DNA of 64,000 nucleotides from Chlamydiota bacterium (GTDB lineage Bacteria; Chlamydiota; Chlamydiia; Chlamydiales; SM23-39): NCBI GenBank assembly GCA_027451825.1, contig DAIDHZ010000001.1, positions 96,745 to 160,744 of the forward strand, read 5' to 3'. Shown piece by piece: positions 62,971 to 64,000 of this stretch (position 1 is its first letter; each line of letters starts with the position of its first letter). The notes under the pieces were generated by a model. It saw only the letters and a program-made list of their open reading frames with translations, ran no database searches and was not told where the DNA came from. The position numbers and the translations under genes were made by a program.

Positions 62971-64000
62971 GTAAGCGTCTAAAGAACCCATCTGGCAATA
63001 GAAATGAAAGGAACAATTCAAGAGGTCTGTGAACGACGTAAAAGCCATTGATCTGGCAGCAGCTCTTCAAGCCGATTTGCTGGATATCCCATAAATTTTC
63101 GGAAAAGATCTTCTAAGTATTCACGGGGATTGATTTCTAAACCACGGCATGTCTGCACTAGAGACAACAATACAGCAGCAGATTCTCCACCTTCCTGACT
63201 ACCAAAAAACAACCAGTTTTTACGGCCAATAGCAAGAGGTCTTAGAGCTCGTTCGGCAACGTTATTATCAAGACGTGCATTTGGATAGAGAGTATAGTTT
63301 TTGAGATATGGAATCAGAGAATAAAAATAACCCAAGGCTTCTCTGAATTTTGATTTTGGAAGTAATTTCCCATCGGAAAATCTCTCTTTTATTTTGATAA
63401 TGAGCTCGTCAATGATAGGAGCCTCTTCTATTTTGCGGATTTGTAGTCGTTCTTCAGGAGATAGATTCCAAGCTTTTACGTCCCATTCAAACAAACTTTG
63501 AATTTTTTGTAGTACCCATTCACGAAATGGAGGATCTCCGCTTTCTGCTTCGAAAAATTTTCTGCGAATATGTACCCAACAAGGACACCAAATCATTTTC
63601 TTTTTCTGAGCAAGAGCCTCGTAAGCTCCGTATTTATCTGAATGAAAAACTCCATCATAATCTTGTAGCATTTGTACAACATGTTCATGACGTCGATCTT
63701 CCTTGCAAAGATAAATCCGATATGGTGGATTAGGTCCTTCACCACCCACAATAGTCCACATGTAACCAAGTTTTGATTCATCTTCTATGATTTTAACGGG
63801 AGTCTCATCGATGAAGATGTTTTTAGAAGAAAGAATTTTGGAGAGCATTATGCGATATAAAGGCATTAAAACTTCTCCTAATCGAACAGTCCATTGAGAA
63901 AGAAGTTTTCGGCTTATGCCAACCCCTTCACGACCGAAAATCTCAGCAATGCGATACAAAGGAAGATGATCCGCAAATTTACGAGACACAACTTCGGCTA
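62971..64000 (-). mobile_element. IS66-family insertion sequence, partial (continues beyond the window)
   Basis: An IS66-type terminus (GTAAGCG...) reads inward at 62971, 47 nt beyond the transposase stop codon. Confidence 0.6.
63018..64000 (-). CDS. IS66 family transposase (TnpC), N-terminus outside the window
   Basis: HLPLYR..EIF.R.GV.ISR..L..W, the DETP.K motif, H.D.Y.AY and CW.H.RR.F are characteristic of IS66 TnpC. The frame stays open to the window edge. Confidence 0.85.
   Translation of the reverse strand, partial: AEVVSRKFADHLPLYRIAEIFGREGVGISRKLLSQWTVRLGEVLMPLYRIMLSKILSSKNIFIDETPVKIIEDESKLGYMWTIVGGEGPNPPYRIYLCKEDRRHEHVVQMLQDYDGVFHSDKYGAYEALAQKKKMIWCPCWVHIRRKFFEAESGDPPFREWVLQKIQSLFEWDVKAWNLSPEERLQIRKIEEAPIIDELIIKIKERFSDGKLLPKSKFREALGYFYSLIPYLKNYTLYPNARLDNNVAERALRPLAIGRKNWLFFGSQEGGESAAVLLSLVQTCRGLEINPREYLEDLFRKFMGYPANRLEELLPDQWLLRRSQTS

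Noticed and set aside
62806-63048. An 80-aa minus-strand ORF
   Set aside because: It spans the inferred IS66 terminus and the IS-flank junction and overlaps the transposase 3' end. It is most likely spurious.

Overview
The window looks like chromosome from an environmental, amoeba-associated member of the Chlamydiae. This placement is inferred from four features: a double-length UvrA, a chlamydia-style tpx-aroDE-aroB ... aroA-aroK-aroC shikimate cluster, a Lys/Arg-rich histone-H1-like protein, and tandem MOMP-like porins. Housekeeping blocks include uvrA, a DEAD-box helicase, a P-type ATPase, the aro genes, a five-gene ABC/MFP/OMF efflux operon and an ABC-F factor. Mobile and decaying accessory DNA is interspersed among them. 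The main finding is a complete diversity-generating retroelement (DGR) at about 14.3-17.1 kb. It has a 93-bp template repeat (TR), an inverted avd, a DGR-type reverse transcriptase, and a convergent target gene. The target's C-terminal variable repeat (VR) differs from the TR at 12 positions, and every one is a TR adenine. The target's N-terminus looks like a eukaryotic F-box. That suggests a hypervariable substrate receptor for the host SCF ubiquitin ligase, which I believe is undescribed. Other items: (a) a TA-flanked MITE family with five full copies plus fragments; (b) an rve-type IS inserted about 90 bp upstream of the DGR target; (c) a tail-anchored tandem-NADAR protein splitting the aro cluster; (d) an SLP-2-like SPFH protein with a mitochondrial-presequence-like N-terminus; (e) two units bounded by the same twin-GCGTAA inverted ends, one of 208 bp that is empty and one of 2.5 kb carrying padR-membrane-aph; (f) a triply disrupted abiE toxin-antitoxin locus; (g) a Fic protein; (h) an autotransporter with a YVTN-propeller passenger; (i) a partial IS66 at the window edge. 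I saw no rRNA, tRNA or CRISPR array. All homology calls come from motif recognition by eye, not from database searches.
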